From an uncultured bacterium (GTDB lineage: Bacteria; Patescibacteriota; Minisyncoccia; Phycocordibacterales; Phycocordibacteraceae): a DNA stretch of 53,413 nucleotides. Made by a program: the position numbers and the translations under genes. The DNA is taken from contig CAMTYL010000003.1 in assembly GCA_947085985.1 (NCBI GenBank), forward strand, positions 81,826 through 135,238, given 5' to 3'. The notes beneath the pieces were generated by a model. The model saw only the letters and a list, made by a program, of their open reading frames with translations, searched no databases and had not been told where the DNA came from. This document shows, in pieces, positions 17,766-26,295 of the stretch; positions within the stretch are counted from its first letter, which is position 1; every line of letters begins with the position of its first letter.

Positions 17766-19010
17766 ATGCGGCAATCACAGCTCTTCACCAAGACCAGGCG
17801 CGAGGCTCCGTCAGACGAAGTTTCAAAGAACGCCCAGCTCCTTATTCGTGCAGGATATGTCCACAAGGAGATGGCGGGAGTCTATGATTATTTGCCCCTT
17901 GGTCACCGCACGCTCCAAAAGATTGTTCAAATCATCCGCGAAGAGATGAACGCCATTGGTGGACAAGAGTTGTCACTCACTGCGCTGCAGGACCCTGCAG
18001 TGTGGAACAAGACAGAGCGTTTTGACGACGACGTAATTGATGTGTGGTTTAAGACGGCACTTAAAAATGACAGCGTGCTCGGCCTTGCCCCTACGCACGA
18101 AGAGCCACTCACTAACGTGATGCGCGATCACATTTCGTCATACAAAGATTTACCTACCGCGGCGTATCAGTTTCAAACAAAGTTCCGCAACGAACTGCGT
18201 GCGAAGTCTGGCATTATGCGTGGTCGCGAATTCCTCATGAAGGACTTGTACTCCTTCTCTGCAAACAAGGAACAGCACGACGAGTTTTACGACAGGGCTG
18301 CACAGGCGTATAAAAACGTATTTGCGCGCCTTGGTATTGGAGACCAAACCTACTTCACCTACGCAAGTGGTGGCTCGTTCAGCAAGTACTCACATGAGTT
18401 TCAGACTATTTGTGACGCGGGTGAGGATACTATCTATATAGACAAAGCAACGGGGGTCGCCGTAAACGAGGAGGTATACAACGACCCTGAGGTGTTCGCT
18501 ACGAGCGGGCTTGTTAAGGAGGCACTCGTGGAGGCAAAAGCGGCAGAGGTAGGGAATATCTTCACCCTTGGAGAAAAGTTTTCTGCTGCACTTGGTCTTG
18601 CCTACACTGATAGCGACGGCTCGCAGAAGAACGTGTTTATGGGCAGTTATGGCATTGGGCCCGGACGCCTTATGGGTACGATCGTTGAACTACTCTCAGA
18701 CGAGAAGGGAATCGTGTGGCCTGAGTCGGTGGCTCCGTTTACCTATCACCTGGTCTCGCTCGGCGGGAATGATCAGGCTGTAAGCGAGTTTGCGGAGAAA
18801 CTCTACGCAGACATGACGCTTGCTGGAAAGGAAGTGCTCTTTGACGACAGGGATACGCGTGCGGGTGAGAAGTTTGCCGACGCTGACTTGATGGGTATGC
18901 CTTGGCGCATTGTTATCGGGAAGGACGCCGTTGCAACCGGTGAGATAGAGCTTATGAATCGTAGTACGGGCGAAGTAACTAAAGTATCGCGAGCAGCGCT
19001 TGTGGGCTAA
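17766..19010 (+). CDS. proS: Proline--tRNA ligase (short form without INS editing domain)
   Basis: LAPTHEE, FRNELRAKSGIMRGREFLMKDLYSF and MGSYGIG motifs. Confidence 0.96.
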   Translation: MRQSQLFTKTRREAPSDEVSKNAQLLIRAGYVHKEMAGVYDYLPLGHRTLQKIVQIIREEMNAIGGQELSLTALQDPAVWNKTERFDDDVIDVWFKTALKNDSVLGLAPTHEEPLTNVMRDHISSYKDLPTAAYQFQTKFRNELRAKSGIMRGREFLMKDLYSFSANKEQHDEFYDRAAQAYKNVFARLGIGDQTYFTYASGGSFSKYSHEFQTICDAGEDTIYIDKATGVAVNEEVYNDPEVFATSGLVKEALVEAKAAEVGNIFTLGEKFSAALGLAYTDSDGSQKNVFMGSYGIGPGRLMGTIVELLSDEKGIVWPESVAPFTYHLVSLGGNDQAVSEFAEKLYADMTLAGKEVLFDDRDTRAGEKFADADLMGMPWRIVIGKDAVATGEIELMNRSTGEVTKVSRAALVG

Positions 19011-19016
19011 ATCAGT

Positions 19017-20072
19017 ATGGCTAAAAAGTTTTCAAAGAATTCATTTTTCTCGAGCGACATTGGGATTGACTTGGGTACGGCTAACACGCTTGTGTACGTG
19101 CGTGGTCGTGGACTCGTGATTAACGAGCCGTCAGTAGTGACCGTCAACGACAAGACGGGACAGGTGGTAGCGGTGGGGAAGGACGCCAAAGCAATGATTG
19201 GGAAAACTCCCTCACACATTCGTGCGGTGCGCCCCCTTTCTCATGGCGTTATTTCAGACTTTGAAGTGACGGAGGAGTTGCTTGCCTATCTTATTCGTAA
19301 AGCGCAGGGCGGACGTTCTCGCATGCTTGGGCCTCGTGTCGTGATTGGAGTGCCTACGGGTGTGACGAACGTGGAGAGTCGTGCGGTGCGCGACGCTGCC
19401 ATGAATGCAGGAGCCCGCGAGGTATACATTTTGGAAGAGCCTATGGCGGGTGCTATTGGGTGTAAGTTGCCGGTGACAGAGGCCGTGGGCACTATGGTGC
19501 TTGATATTGGAGGCGGTACTACGGACATTGCAGTGATAGCGCTTGGTGGTTCGGTTGCGGGGAAGAGTTCTCAGGTAGCGGGCGATCGATTCAACGAGAA
19601 CATCACTGATTACGTGCGCAGCGAATTCCAGCTGGCTATTGGAGAAAAGACTGCTGAGGATACGAAGGTAGCTATTGGTGCAGTGTTGCCGCTTGGGGAG
19701 CCTCTCTCGCGTGCCGTGCGTGGTCGTGACTTGGCCACCGGTCTCCCTCGCGAAATCACCCTTACCGACTCGCATGTGCGCGACGCACTGGCGCCATCTC
19801 TGGACGCGCTTATGGAGGCTATGAAGGAGGTAATTGAGTCAACGCCACCGGAGCTCCTTTCCGACGTTTTGGAACGAGGCGTCACGGTGTTTGGCGGGGG
19901 TGCGTTGCTGCGTGGCCTGCCCGAGCTACTTTCTAAAATGCTTGGTGTGCCGGTGCACGTAGCGAGCGACCCGCTCACTGCAGTAGTGCGCGGTACTGGT
20001 ATTGTGACGGAGGATCCGCGCCCGTGGGTAGATACATTCATGCATGAAGAGGTCATCATTCCTAAGGGCTAA
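19017..20072 (+). CDS. mreB: Rod shape-determining protein MreB (operonic)
   Basis: GIDLGTAN, DIGGGTTD and GGGALL motifs; precedes mreC. Confidence 0.95.
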   Translation: MAKKFSKNSFFSSDIGIDLGTANTLVYVRGRGLVINEPSVVTVNDKTGQVVAVGKDAKAMIGKTPSHIRAVRPLSHGVISDFEVTEELLAYLIRKAQGGRSRMLGPRVVIGVPTGVTNVESRAVRDAAMNAGAREVYILEEPMAGAIGCKLPVTEAVGTMVLDIGGGTTDIAVIALGGSVAGKSSQVAGDRFNENITDYVRSEFQLAIGEKTAEDTKVAIGAVLPLGEPLSRAVRGRDLATGLPREITLTDSHVRDALAPSLDALMEAMKEVIESTPPELLSDVLERGVTVFGGGALLRGLPELLSKMLGVPVHVASDPLTAVVRGTGIVTEDPRPWVDTFMHEEVIIPKG

Positions 20073-20856
20073 AGGTTTTGGACGGGGTGTCCGTCTGTTT
20101 AATCCCGCAAGTCTGCGAGGAGGCGCAATCGTGCTAGGTATTGTGGTCATTATCACCGTTGCTCGTGTCGTGTTTCCAAATGCATTTGTTTCTGCATTTA
20201 CTCCGCTGTGGAAATCGGGAGACGCTGCTGCGGCGAGTGTGGGCGCTGTAGGTACATTTTTTACTGACAAACAGATGCTCGCGCAGAAAGTAGAGTCGCT
20301 GCAACAAGAGACGGGTGCGCTCATGAACGAAAACAGCGCACTCAAAGCTCGCTTAGAAGACCTCACTCGGCTCGTTGGCACACGAACTGAGCCCGCGCCC
20401 GGCGTACTTGCCGGCGTACTTGCGCGGCCACCCGTCTCTCCTTATGACGTGTTGGTAGTGGATCGCGGTACCCGACACGGAGTGAACAGTGGAGCTTTTG
20501 TGTACGGCGCAGGTGGAGTGCCGCTTGGTACCATTGCAGCGGCAACGGAGAATTCTTCACGCGTTCTCCTTTACTCTTCTCCAGGAAAAGAAACGGCCGG
20601 ATGGATAGGAGAAGCAAAGATTGCTGTGAGTATTAAAGGACAAGGAAGCGGCGCCTTCTACGCAGAGGTACCCCGCGAGACCGGCGTAGTCGTCGGTGAC
20701 CAGGTCTACGTTGCTGGGCCGGGCGCGCTCCCCGTAGGTGCGGTTATTAGTATTGATGCTAATCCAGCAGCCACGGAGGTTCGTGTCCGTATTCGCCCCG
20801 TTGTAAACCCGTTTAGCATCACTTGGGTAACGGTTTCCAGTCACGCTGGTTTATGA
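20044..20856 (+). CDS. mreC: Rod shape-determining protein MreC
   Basis: TM, coiled coil, PYDVLVVDRG; synteny. Confidence 0.85.
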   Translation: MKRSSFLRAKGFGRGVRLFNPASLRGGAIVLGIVVIITVARVVFPNAFVSAFTPLWKSGDAAAASVGAVGTFFTDKQMLAQKVESLQQETGALMNENSALKARLEDLTRLVGTRTEPAPGVLAGVLARPPVSPYDVLVVDRGTRHGVNSGAFVYGAGGVPLGTIAAATENSSRVLLYSSPGKETAGWIGEAKIAVSIKGQGSGAFYAEVPRETGVVVGDQVYVAGPGALPVGAVISIDANPAATEVRVRIRPVVNPFSITWVTVSSHAGL

Positions 20857-21107
20857 TGCGCGCTGTACTCATAGTCTTCACGGCTATTTCGCTTGTCTGG
20901 CTTCCGTGGCAGTGGACCGTCGGGTTCATGATAGTTGTGAGTACTATGGTCCCTCTCGCTGGAATTGTGTTTGGAGTCCTGATTGATTTGGTATACGCGC
21001 CCGTGGGCATTGCCAGTTTGCCGCTTGGTGTTCTGTGGGGCGCGGTAGCATCACTCATTGGCTACCTGGTTTCGCGATTTCTCCGAGCGCGTATTATAAA
21101 CGCATGA
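20853..21107 (+). CDS. Small membrane protein, MreD-like by position
   Basis: Hydrophobic 84 aa with GVLIDL; between mreC and pbp2 with ATGA overlaps. Confidence 0.6.
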   Translation: MMRAVLIVFTAISLVWLPWQWTVGFMIVVSTMVPLAGIVFGVLIDLVYAPVGIASLPLGVLWGAVASLIGYLVSRFLRARIINA

Positions 21108-22783
21108 GACTCTTTCGTAGACGACGAGGACACCGAACGGCTCGAGAGATTGCGCCAGAGGACATTTTGCTAGACGCGGAGAATTTGCCTGATTTTGATC
21201 ACGCGCGCCTTGAGGGAAGATTGGAAAAGCCGGTGCCGACCAGCACGTATCGGGGGGCACAGATTATTGTGGTGTGTATGTTGCTCGTCCTCGTGGGTAA
21301 AGCGGCGCATTTAGAGCTCGTGAAGGGTGCGGAGTACGCTGCCCAAAGTGAGCGCAATCGTCTACGACCAGAGGTAATTTTTGCGTCTCGCGGAGCTATT
21401 GTTGATAGAAACGGCATCGCGCTTGTTTCCAATCACGTTGGAGATGACAAGCGGATACAGCGCCAGTATGCGTCCCCAGGGTTCGGTCACTTGCTCGGGT
21501 ACGTGTCCTACCCGAAGAAAGATTCTTCGGGAAATTATTATGATACCGAGATAAAAGGACTAAGTGGTGTGGAAGCAGCGTTGAACGATGAACTCGCTGG
21601 AGTAAATGGCAGGCTGTTAGTTGAAGAGGATGCACGAGGGAGAGTGCAGTCGCAGGGCACTATTTCGCCAGCCACCGACGGCGCTACCGTGACGCTCTCG
21701 GTTGATGAGCGCGCGCAGCGAGCACTGCACAGGGCCGTCGGTGGCCTGGCTGAAAGAATTCCGTACATGGGTGGAGCGGGAATTTTGATGGACGCACACA
21801 CAGGTGAAGTACTTGCTCTCGTTTCCTATCCAGAATTTGACCCGAACATTCTTTCGTCGGGCACTCCTGCGAGCGTTATTGCTTCCTACCAAACGGACAG
21901 CAGGAAAGTGTTTCTAGATAGAGCAGTGGCAGGGCTCTACACACCTGGGTCCATCATAAAGCCGATGGAGGCTGCAGGAGCGCTGAGTGATGGCTTAATT
22001 ACGCCAGAGACTACTGTTTATTCAAAGGGCTACATTAGTATTCCAAATCCGTATAATCCATCAAAGCCATCTATCTTCAACGACTGGAAGGCACATGGAA
22101 GCACTGACACGCGAGCTGCAATTGCTGTGTCTTCTGATGCATTCTTTTACTCAATAGGAGGAGGGTACGAGCACATAAAGGGGCTTGGCATTGAGCGACT
22201 GAAGTATTGGTATGACAGCTTCGGGTTTACGTCACCCACAGGCATTGAGTTGTTCGGAGAAAAGACGGGATTTGTGCCGACACCAAAATGGAAGGAGGAT
22301 ACCTTCAACGAGCCGTGGCGACTCGGCGACACCTACAACACTGCCATCGGGCAGTACGCAATGCAAGTGACACCGCTTGAGGCTGCGCGCGCGGTTGCGG
22401 CAGTTGCAAATGGTGGGAAGCTAGTGCGCCCCACTATTATTAAGGGAAAGCTACCCGAGGGGCAGTCCATAGCTATCTCTCAGCATGCGCTGCAGGTAGC
22501 ACGAGAAGGAATGCGACAGGCGGTGACACACGGAACAGCAAAAGGTCTAAATGATCTCTCGTATGTATCGCTTGCCGCAAAGACAGGAACAGCGCAGCTT
22601 GGGTTCAACAATGAGTGGCATAACTCGTGGCTGGTTGGATTCTTTCCCTACGAAAAACCGAAGTATGTATTTGTAGTACTGATGGAGCGCGGACCGGCCA
22701 GTAACAGTCTTGGCGGGGTGTTCGTTATGCACCAATTCTTGCAAGAATTGCGTACAACTGCTCCCGAATACTTTCAGGAGTAG
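21104..22783 (+). CDS. mrdA: Penicillin-binding protein 2 (class B)
   Basis: RGAIVDRNG, PGSIIK (SxxK), SSD and KTGTAQ motifs. Confidence 0.9.
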   Translation: MRLFRRRRGHRTAREIAPEDILLDAENLPDFDHARLEGRLEKPVPTSTYRGAQIIVVCMLLVLVGKAAHLELVKGAEYAAQSERNRLRPEVIFASRGAIVDRNGIALVSNHVGDDKRIQRQYASPGFGHLLGYVSYPKKDSSGNYYDTEIKGLSGVEAALNDELAGVNGRLLVEEDARGRVQSQGTISPATDGATVTLSVDERAQRALHRAVGGLAERIPYMGGAGILMDAHTGEVLALVSYPEFDPNILSSGTPASVIASYQTDSRKVFLDRAVAGLYTPGSIIKPMEAAGALSDGLITPETTVYSKGYISIPNPYNPSKPSIFNDWKAHGSTDTRAAIAVSSDAFFYSIGGGYEHIKGLGIERLKYWYDSFGFTSPTGIELFGEKTGFVPTPKWKEDTFNEPWRLGDTYNTAIGQYAMQVTPLEAARAVAAVANGGKLVRPTIIKGKLPEGQSIAISQHALQVAREGMRQAVTHGTAKGLNDLSYVSLAAKTGTAQLGFNNEWHNSWLVGFFPYEKPKYVFVVLMERGPASNSLGGVFVMHQFLQELRTTAPEYFQE

Positions 22784-22898
22784 GCTTGTAGCACTCCCGA
22801 CTGCGTTGTTGCAGAGCCTCTGCGATTCGTTCACCGTACTATGAGTACGACTCACTCACCGCTTCCTCCGCGCCTAGCAGACAGAGCACTACAAGCCT
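22782..22898 (+). repeat. REP-like palindromic element, copy 2
   Basis: CTGCGTTGTTG...TCACCGTACT-ATG-AGTACGACTC...CGCCTAGCA; outer stem AGGCTTGTAG/CTACAAGCCT. Confidence 0.8.
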
Positions 22899-22983
22899 CC
22901 TCGGTTAGGAAGTGATCGCATCATTGACGCCCAGAAAGGGGCACGTACAATACGAGTAATTAGTCCGTTTAGCACAACTTCAG

Positions 22984-23454
22984 ATGACCGAACAGGAAAC
23001 CATGGTGAGTCAGGAAAAGTTCGACGAGATGATCGCCGAACTTGAAACGTTAAAGACCGTGCGTCGTACCGAGATTGCAAAGAATCTTGAGTACGCACGT
23101 TCCCTTGGCGACCTTTCGGAAAACGCTGAGTATCAGGAAGCACGCGAATTGCAGGCAGCTACCGAGGAGCGCATTCGTCGCTTGGAGGAGTTGGTGAAGC
23201 GCGCACATATTGTGACTGACGGAAAGAAGAAGGATGTCGTTGGTTTTGGCTCCAAAGTTGCGATAAAGCGCGAAGGAAGCAGCGAGGCGCACGAGTACAC
23301 CATCGTTGGGTCTGAAGAAGCAGACATGCGCGAGCGCAAGCTTTCACACGTCTCACCACTTGGTGCAGCACTCATGAATCGCAAAAAGGGAGAAGTGTTT
23401 ACGTTTGAGACGCCGGGAGGGAAGCAGACCTATACCGTAGAAAAGGTCTCCTAG
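22984..23454 (+). CDS. greA: Transcription elongation factor GreA
   Basis: GDLSENAEY and SPLGAALM motifs. Confidence 0.97.
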   Translation: MTEQETMVSQEKFDEMIAELETLKTVRRTEIAKNLEYARSLGDLSENAEYQEARELQAATEERIRRLEELVKRAHIVTDGKKKDVVGFGSKVAIKREGSSEAHEYTIVGSEEADMRERKLSHVSPLGAALMNRKKGEVFTFETPGGKQTYTVEKVS

Positions 23455-23462
23455 TCTGAATT

Positions 23463-23571
23463 CTAGAATTATCCCATCTGCGTTGTTGCGGGTCCCGCAC
23501 ACCTCGCTCACCGTACTACTAGTACGGCTCGCGAACTGTGCCTCCCACGCCTAGCATCTGGGCAATTCTAA
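23463..23571 (+). repeat. REP-like palindromic element, copy 3
   Basis: CTGCGTTGTTG...TCACCGTACT-ACT-AGTACGGCTC...CGCCTAGCA; outer stem TAGAATTATCCCA/TGGGCAATTCTA. Confidence 0.8.
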
Positions 23572-23689
23572 GACCTCTCTGTGTGTGTAGCGCCTTGTAT
23601 TTGAGCGTTTCTTTCGCTCCTTATACGGTTGTATAGAAAAGGGCGGGTCCGTAGGACCCGCCCTTTGGCGTTGCGTCACGTGGGTGAAC

Positions 23690-24232
23690 TCAGGACCCGA
23701 TGATGCCGTGCCGTTCTTCGAGCGCCAGAATGTAGTCGGGCGACGGTCGGTTCATGGCCGGGAACTCGGGTTCCTTCACACCGCTGCCAGTCTGGTGACT
23801 CAGCACGGTGAGCTTTTTACGCGCTCCGCGGACGGCCTTGCCAAGCACCAGGGCGAATCTGCGCCTAGTCACATCGTCCAGGTTTTCGGGCTTGATGGGC
23901 CAGAGCGCAATGCAGATGCGCGCCTTAGGGGCCCAAGTGATTGGCGCCATTTGTAGCTGCGTGAACAGCGTTTCCGAGGAACCCACCGTCAGGAAGGTTG
24001 AGCGTCGCGGGACGGTGCTGTGGTAGCCCGGGATGCACATCCGCGACTCGTCGTAGATGAACAGTGGAATAGCGTCGGCGTCGTAGCTTACGTCACCCGT
24101 GAAGTGGGTGATGATGTCCAAACGACGTCCCTTGATGGTGAGCTGTCCGAGGACGTCGCGAGCGAACTGCATGAGCGGTTCGTTCCCGCGGGTAATCAGG
24201 GTGAGTTTTTCGTAACGAGTCTTCTGTTGCAC
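23690..24232 (-). CDS. Hypothetical protein (orphan, downstream of a putative attenuator)
   Basis: GAGGGAG SD, GTG start, terminator at 23637-23666. Confidence 0.75.
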   Translation of the reverse strand: MQQKTRYEKLTLITRGNEPLMQFARDVLGQLTIKGRRLDIITHFTGDVSYDADAIPLFIYDESRMCIPGYHSTVPRRSTFLTVGSSETLFTQLQMAPITWAPKARICIALWPIKPENLDDVTRRRFALVLGKAVRGARKKLTVLSHQTGSGVKEPEFPAMNRPSPDYILALEERHGIIGS

Positions 24233-24281
24233 GTTTTTCTCCCTCTCGTGCGTTGTGAAGGTACAAAGTGTTCTAGCGAAC

Positions 24282-24394
24282 GAATCGGGGCTCCTGGCCG
24301 TTTCTGGTCAGGAGCCCCGATTCAAATTTCTTTCTGTGTACTTAGGAGGAAGAAATCTCAAGCGGAATCCTGACCGGTCGCAGTAGACCGACCA
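24282..24394 (-). promoter_or_regulatory. Putative ribosome-mediated transcription attenuator
   Basis: 1:2 CTGGTCGGT/ACCGGTCAG; 2:3 GGTCAGGA/TCCTGACC; 3:4 GAATCGGGGCTCCTG...CAGGAGCCCCGATTC. Confidence 0.65.
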
Positions 24395-24437
24395 GAACGA
24401 GTACGCGCACGACGAGAATCTGTACCGCTTGAGTCAT
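24342..24437 (-). CDS. Val/Leu/Ile-rich leader peptide (31 aa)
   Basis: MTQAVQILVVRVLVLVGLLRPVRIPLEISSS; TTGACA-17-TATTCT promoter ends 8 nt upstream of the ATG. Confidence 0.65.
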   Translation of the reverse strand: MTQAVQILVVRVLVLVGLLRPVRIPLEISSS

Positions 24438-24500
24438 GTGTTCTAAGAATAAGAGCTTCACGAGGCATTGTCAATAAACCCAGCAAATATCTATATGAAT

Positions 24501-24566
24501 GTGGGGATAACATGCACGAAGTGGGGCAGTGTGGCATATACTACCTAAGTAGTGGGATGAAGTGGG
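24501..24566 (+). promoter_or_regulatory. MraZ operator boxes and dcw promoter
   Basis: GTGG(G) at 24501, 24521, 24531, 24552 and 24562 (about 10-nt phasing) around TATACT at 24537. Confidence 0.75.
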
Positions 24567-24608
24567 AAACTAGATTTTCCGCCATCCGCCTGCGCCCTAC
24601 CTTCACAC

Positions 24609-25043
24609 ATGTTTATTGGCGAATACCGACACACCTTTGATGCAAAGAACCGCATCTCCCTCCCGGCGAAATTCCGGAAGGAACTTGGTACCTCGGTGGT
24701 GGTGACGCGCGGCTTGGATCATTGTTTGTTTATTTACCCAAAGGCAGCCTGGAAGAAGCAGGCTGCAGCGTTTGCGTCGCAATCAACGGGAAGCGCTGCA
24801 GGCCGCGGTCTTGCTCGCCTTATGCTTTCTGGTGCGTCTGAGACAGAGGTGGACAGCAGCGGGCGCATTTTAGTACCAGATTATCTAAAGAGTTTCGCAG
24901 GACTTTCTGACAAGAGCGTTGTGGCAGGCGTATCCGACCGTGTTGAAGTGTGGGACGAGAGCGTGTGGGAAGAGTACACCAAGAGCATTGAGCGCGATGC
25001 TGAGGCGTTTGCAGAAAAGCTGGGCGACCGTGGCGCGCTATAA
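24609..25043 (+). CDS. mraZ: Transcriptional regulator MraZ
   Basis: MFIGEYRHTFDAKNRISLPAKFR and DSSGRILVP motifs. Confidence 0.97.
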   Translation: MFIGEYRHTFDAKNRISLPAKFRKELGTSVVVTRGLDHCLFIYPKAAWKKQAAAFASQSTGSAAGRGLARLMLSGASETEVDSSGRILVPDYLKSFAGLSDKSVVAGVSDRVEVWDESVWEEYTKSIERDAEAFAEKLGDRGAL

Positions 25044-25047
25044 CACC

Positions 25048-26016
25048 ATGACTACTGCTGCTGCCATTCGTCACGACACCGTCCTACTTCAAGAATCAGT
25101 AGACGCACTCGCCATTGCTCCTACCGATACCATCGTAGACGCAACACTTGGGGGTGCTGGGCACTTTGGCCTATTGCTGCAAAAGCTTGGAAAGGGAGGT
25201 GTGTTGGTAGGAATAGATGCTGACAAAGATGCCATCGCTCGCGCACAAACGGTTGTGGACGCAGTAGCAGAAGGGAGTCGCCCAACTGTGCACCTGGTAG
25301 AGGACAACTTTGGAAATTTCGCGAGCATCATGGCGCAGACGGGCGTCGCGAGCCCTGACAAGGTGCTCTTTGACCTCGGATGGAGCGGGTATCAGCTTGT
25401 GGCGGGGCGCGGCTTTTCCTTCAAGACGGATGAACCTCTCCTTATGACCTATGGCGACCCAGAAACGGCAGAGACGACCGCCTCTGATTTGGTTAACCAC
25501 CTTTCAGAAACGTCACTGGCCGACATGATCTATGCACTTGGTGAGGAGCGCTTTGCCCGCGGCATAGCTCGCAGCATTGTTGCTATGCGAGAAAACGCCC
25601 CTATCACGACAACCTTTGCGCTCGTAGAAGCGATTGAGAAGGGAGTCCCAGGCTGGTATCGCCATCGTCGCCTGCACCCAGCAACTAAAACTTTCCAGGC
25701 CCTACGTATTGGGGTAAACGACGAGCTCGGCGTGCTTCGAAGTGGGCTGTCTGCTGCGCTTGCGTCCCTTTCTGTAGGCGGTCGCGTGGCGGTCATTACC
25801 TTCCACAGCATTGAAGACCGAATCGTGAAGGGCATGTTCCGCGACGCGGCATACGCAGGCGTGGGCACGCTCGTGTCAAAGAAACCGATTGTTCCAAGTG
25901 CAGCTGAGCTTTCCAAGAATCCTCGTGCACGCAGTGCCAAGCTTCGCGTGTTTGAGCGAGGAAATCTTGCAAGCAACGCGTTTACTACCAGCAACCTAAC
26001 ATCTGTATATGCCTGA
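25048..26016 (+). CDS. rsmH: 16S rRNA m4C1402 methyltransferase
   Basis: DATLGGAGH, FDLGWS, HPATKTFQALRI and NPRARSAKLR motifs. Confidence 0.96.
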   Translation: MTTAAAIRHDTVLLQESVDALAIAPTDTIVDATLGGAGHFGLLLQKLGKGGVLVGIDADKDAIARAQTVVDAVAEGSRPTVHLVEDNFGNFASIMAQTGVASPDKVLFDLGWSGYQLVAGRGFSFKTDEPLLMTYGDPETAETTASDLVNHLSETSLADMIYALGEERFARGIARSIVAMRENAPITTTFALVEAIEKGVPGWYRHRRLHPATKTFQALRIGVNDELGVLRSGLSAALASLSVGGRVAVITFHSIEDRIVKGMFRDAAYAGVGTLVSKKPIVPSAAELSKNPRARSAKLRVFERGNLASNAFTTSNLTSVYA

Positions 26017-26287
26017 TCGAACTATCTCATTCCTAAGTTTCGTTGCTGGTGGCTGCGTCTTCGTGTACATCGGTCTCGTAATCGTGACGGTCACGTTTGC
26101 CGCAATTCAGACCGACTTGGCTCTCGCTGTTCGCGACACCGAAACGGAAATTGGTATGATTGAGACGCAATACTATGTGCAGGTGGGAGCACTCGCGGCG
26201 GTAGACCCCGCCAGCCTTGATTTACGTAAGCCATCCGTTGTCACGTACGCGACACTCGCACAGGCGCCAAGCCTCTCTCTTCGTTAG
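26009..26287 (+). CDS. FtsL-like bitopic protein
   Basis: TM plus short coil between rsmH and a PBP gene. Confidence 0.55.
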   Translation: MPDRTISFLSFVAGGCVFVYIGLVIVTVTFAAIQTDLALAVRDTETEIGMIETQYYVQVGALAAVDPASLDLRKPSVVTYATLAQAPSLSLR

Positions 26288-26295
26288 TACTGCGT

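Noticed and set aside
13951-23571. CRISPR array
   Set aside because: Copies are dispersed, over 100 nt and not regularly spaced; no cas genes.
24501-24566. Novel GTGGG direct-repeat array
   Set aside because: Explained by known MraZ operator boxes upstream of mraZ.
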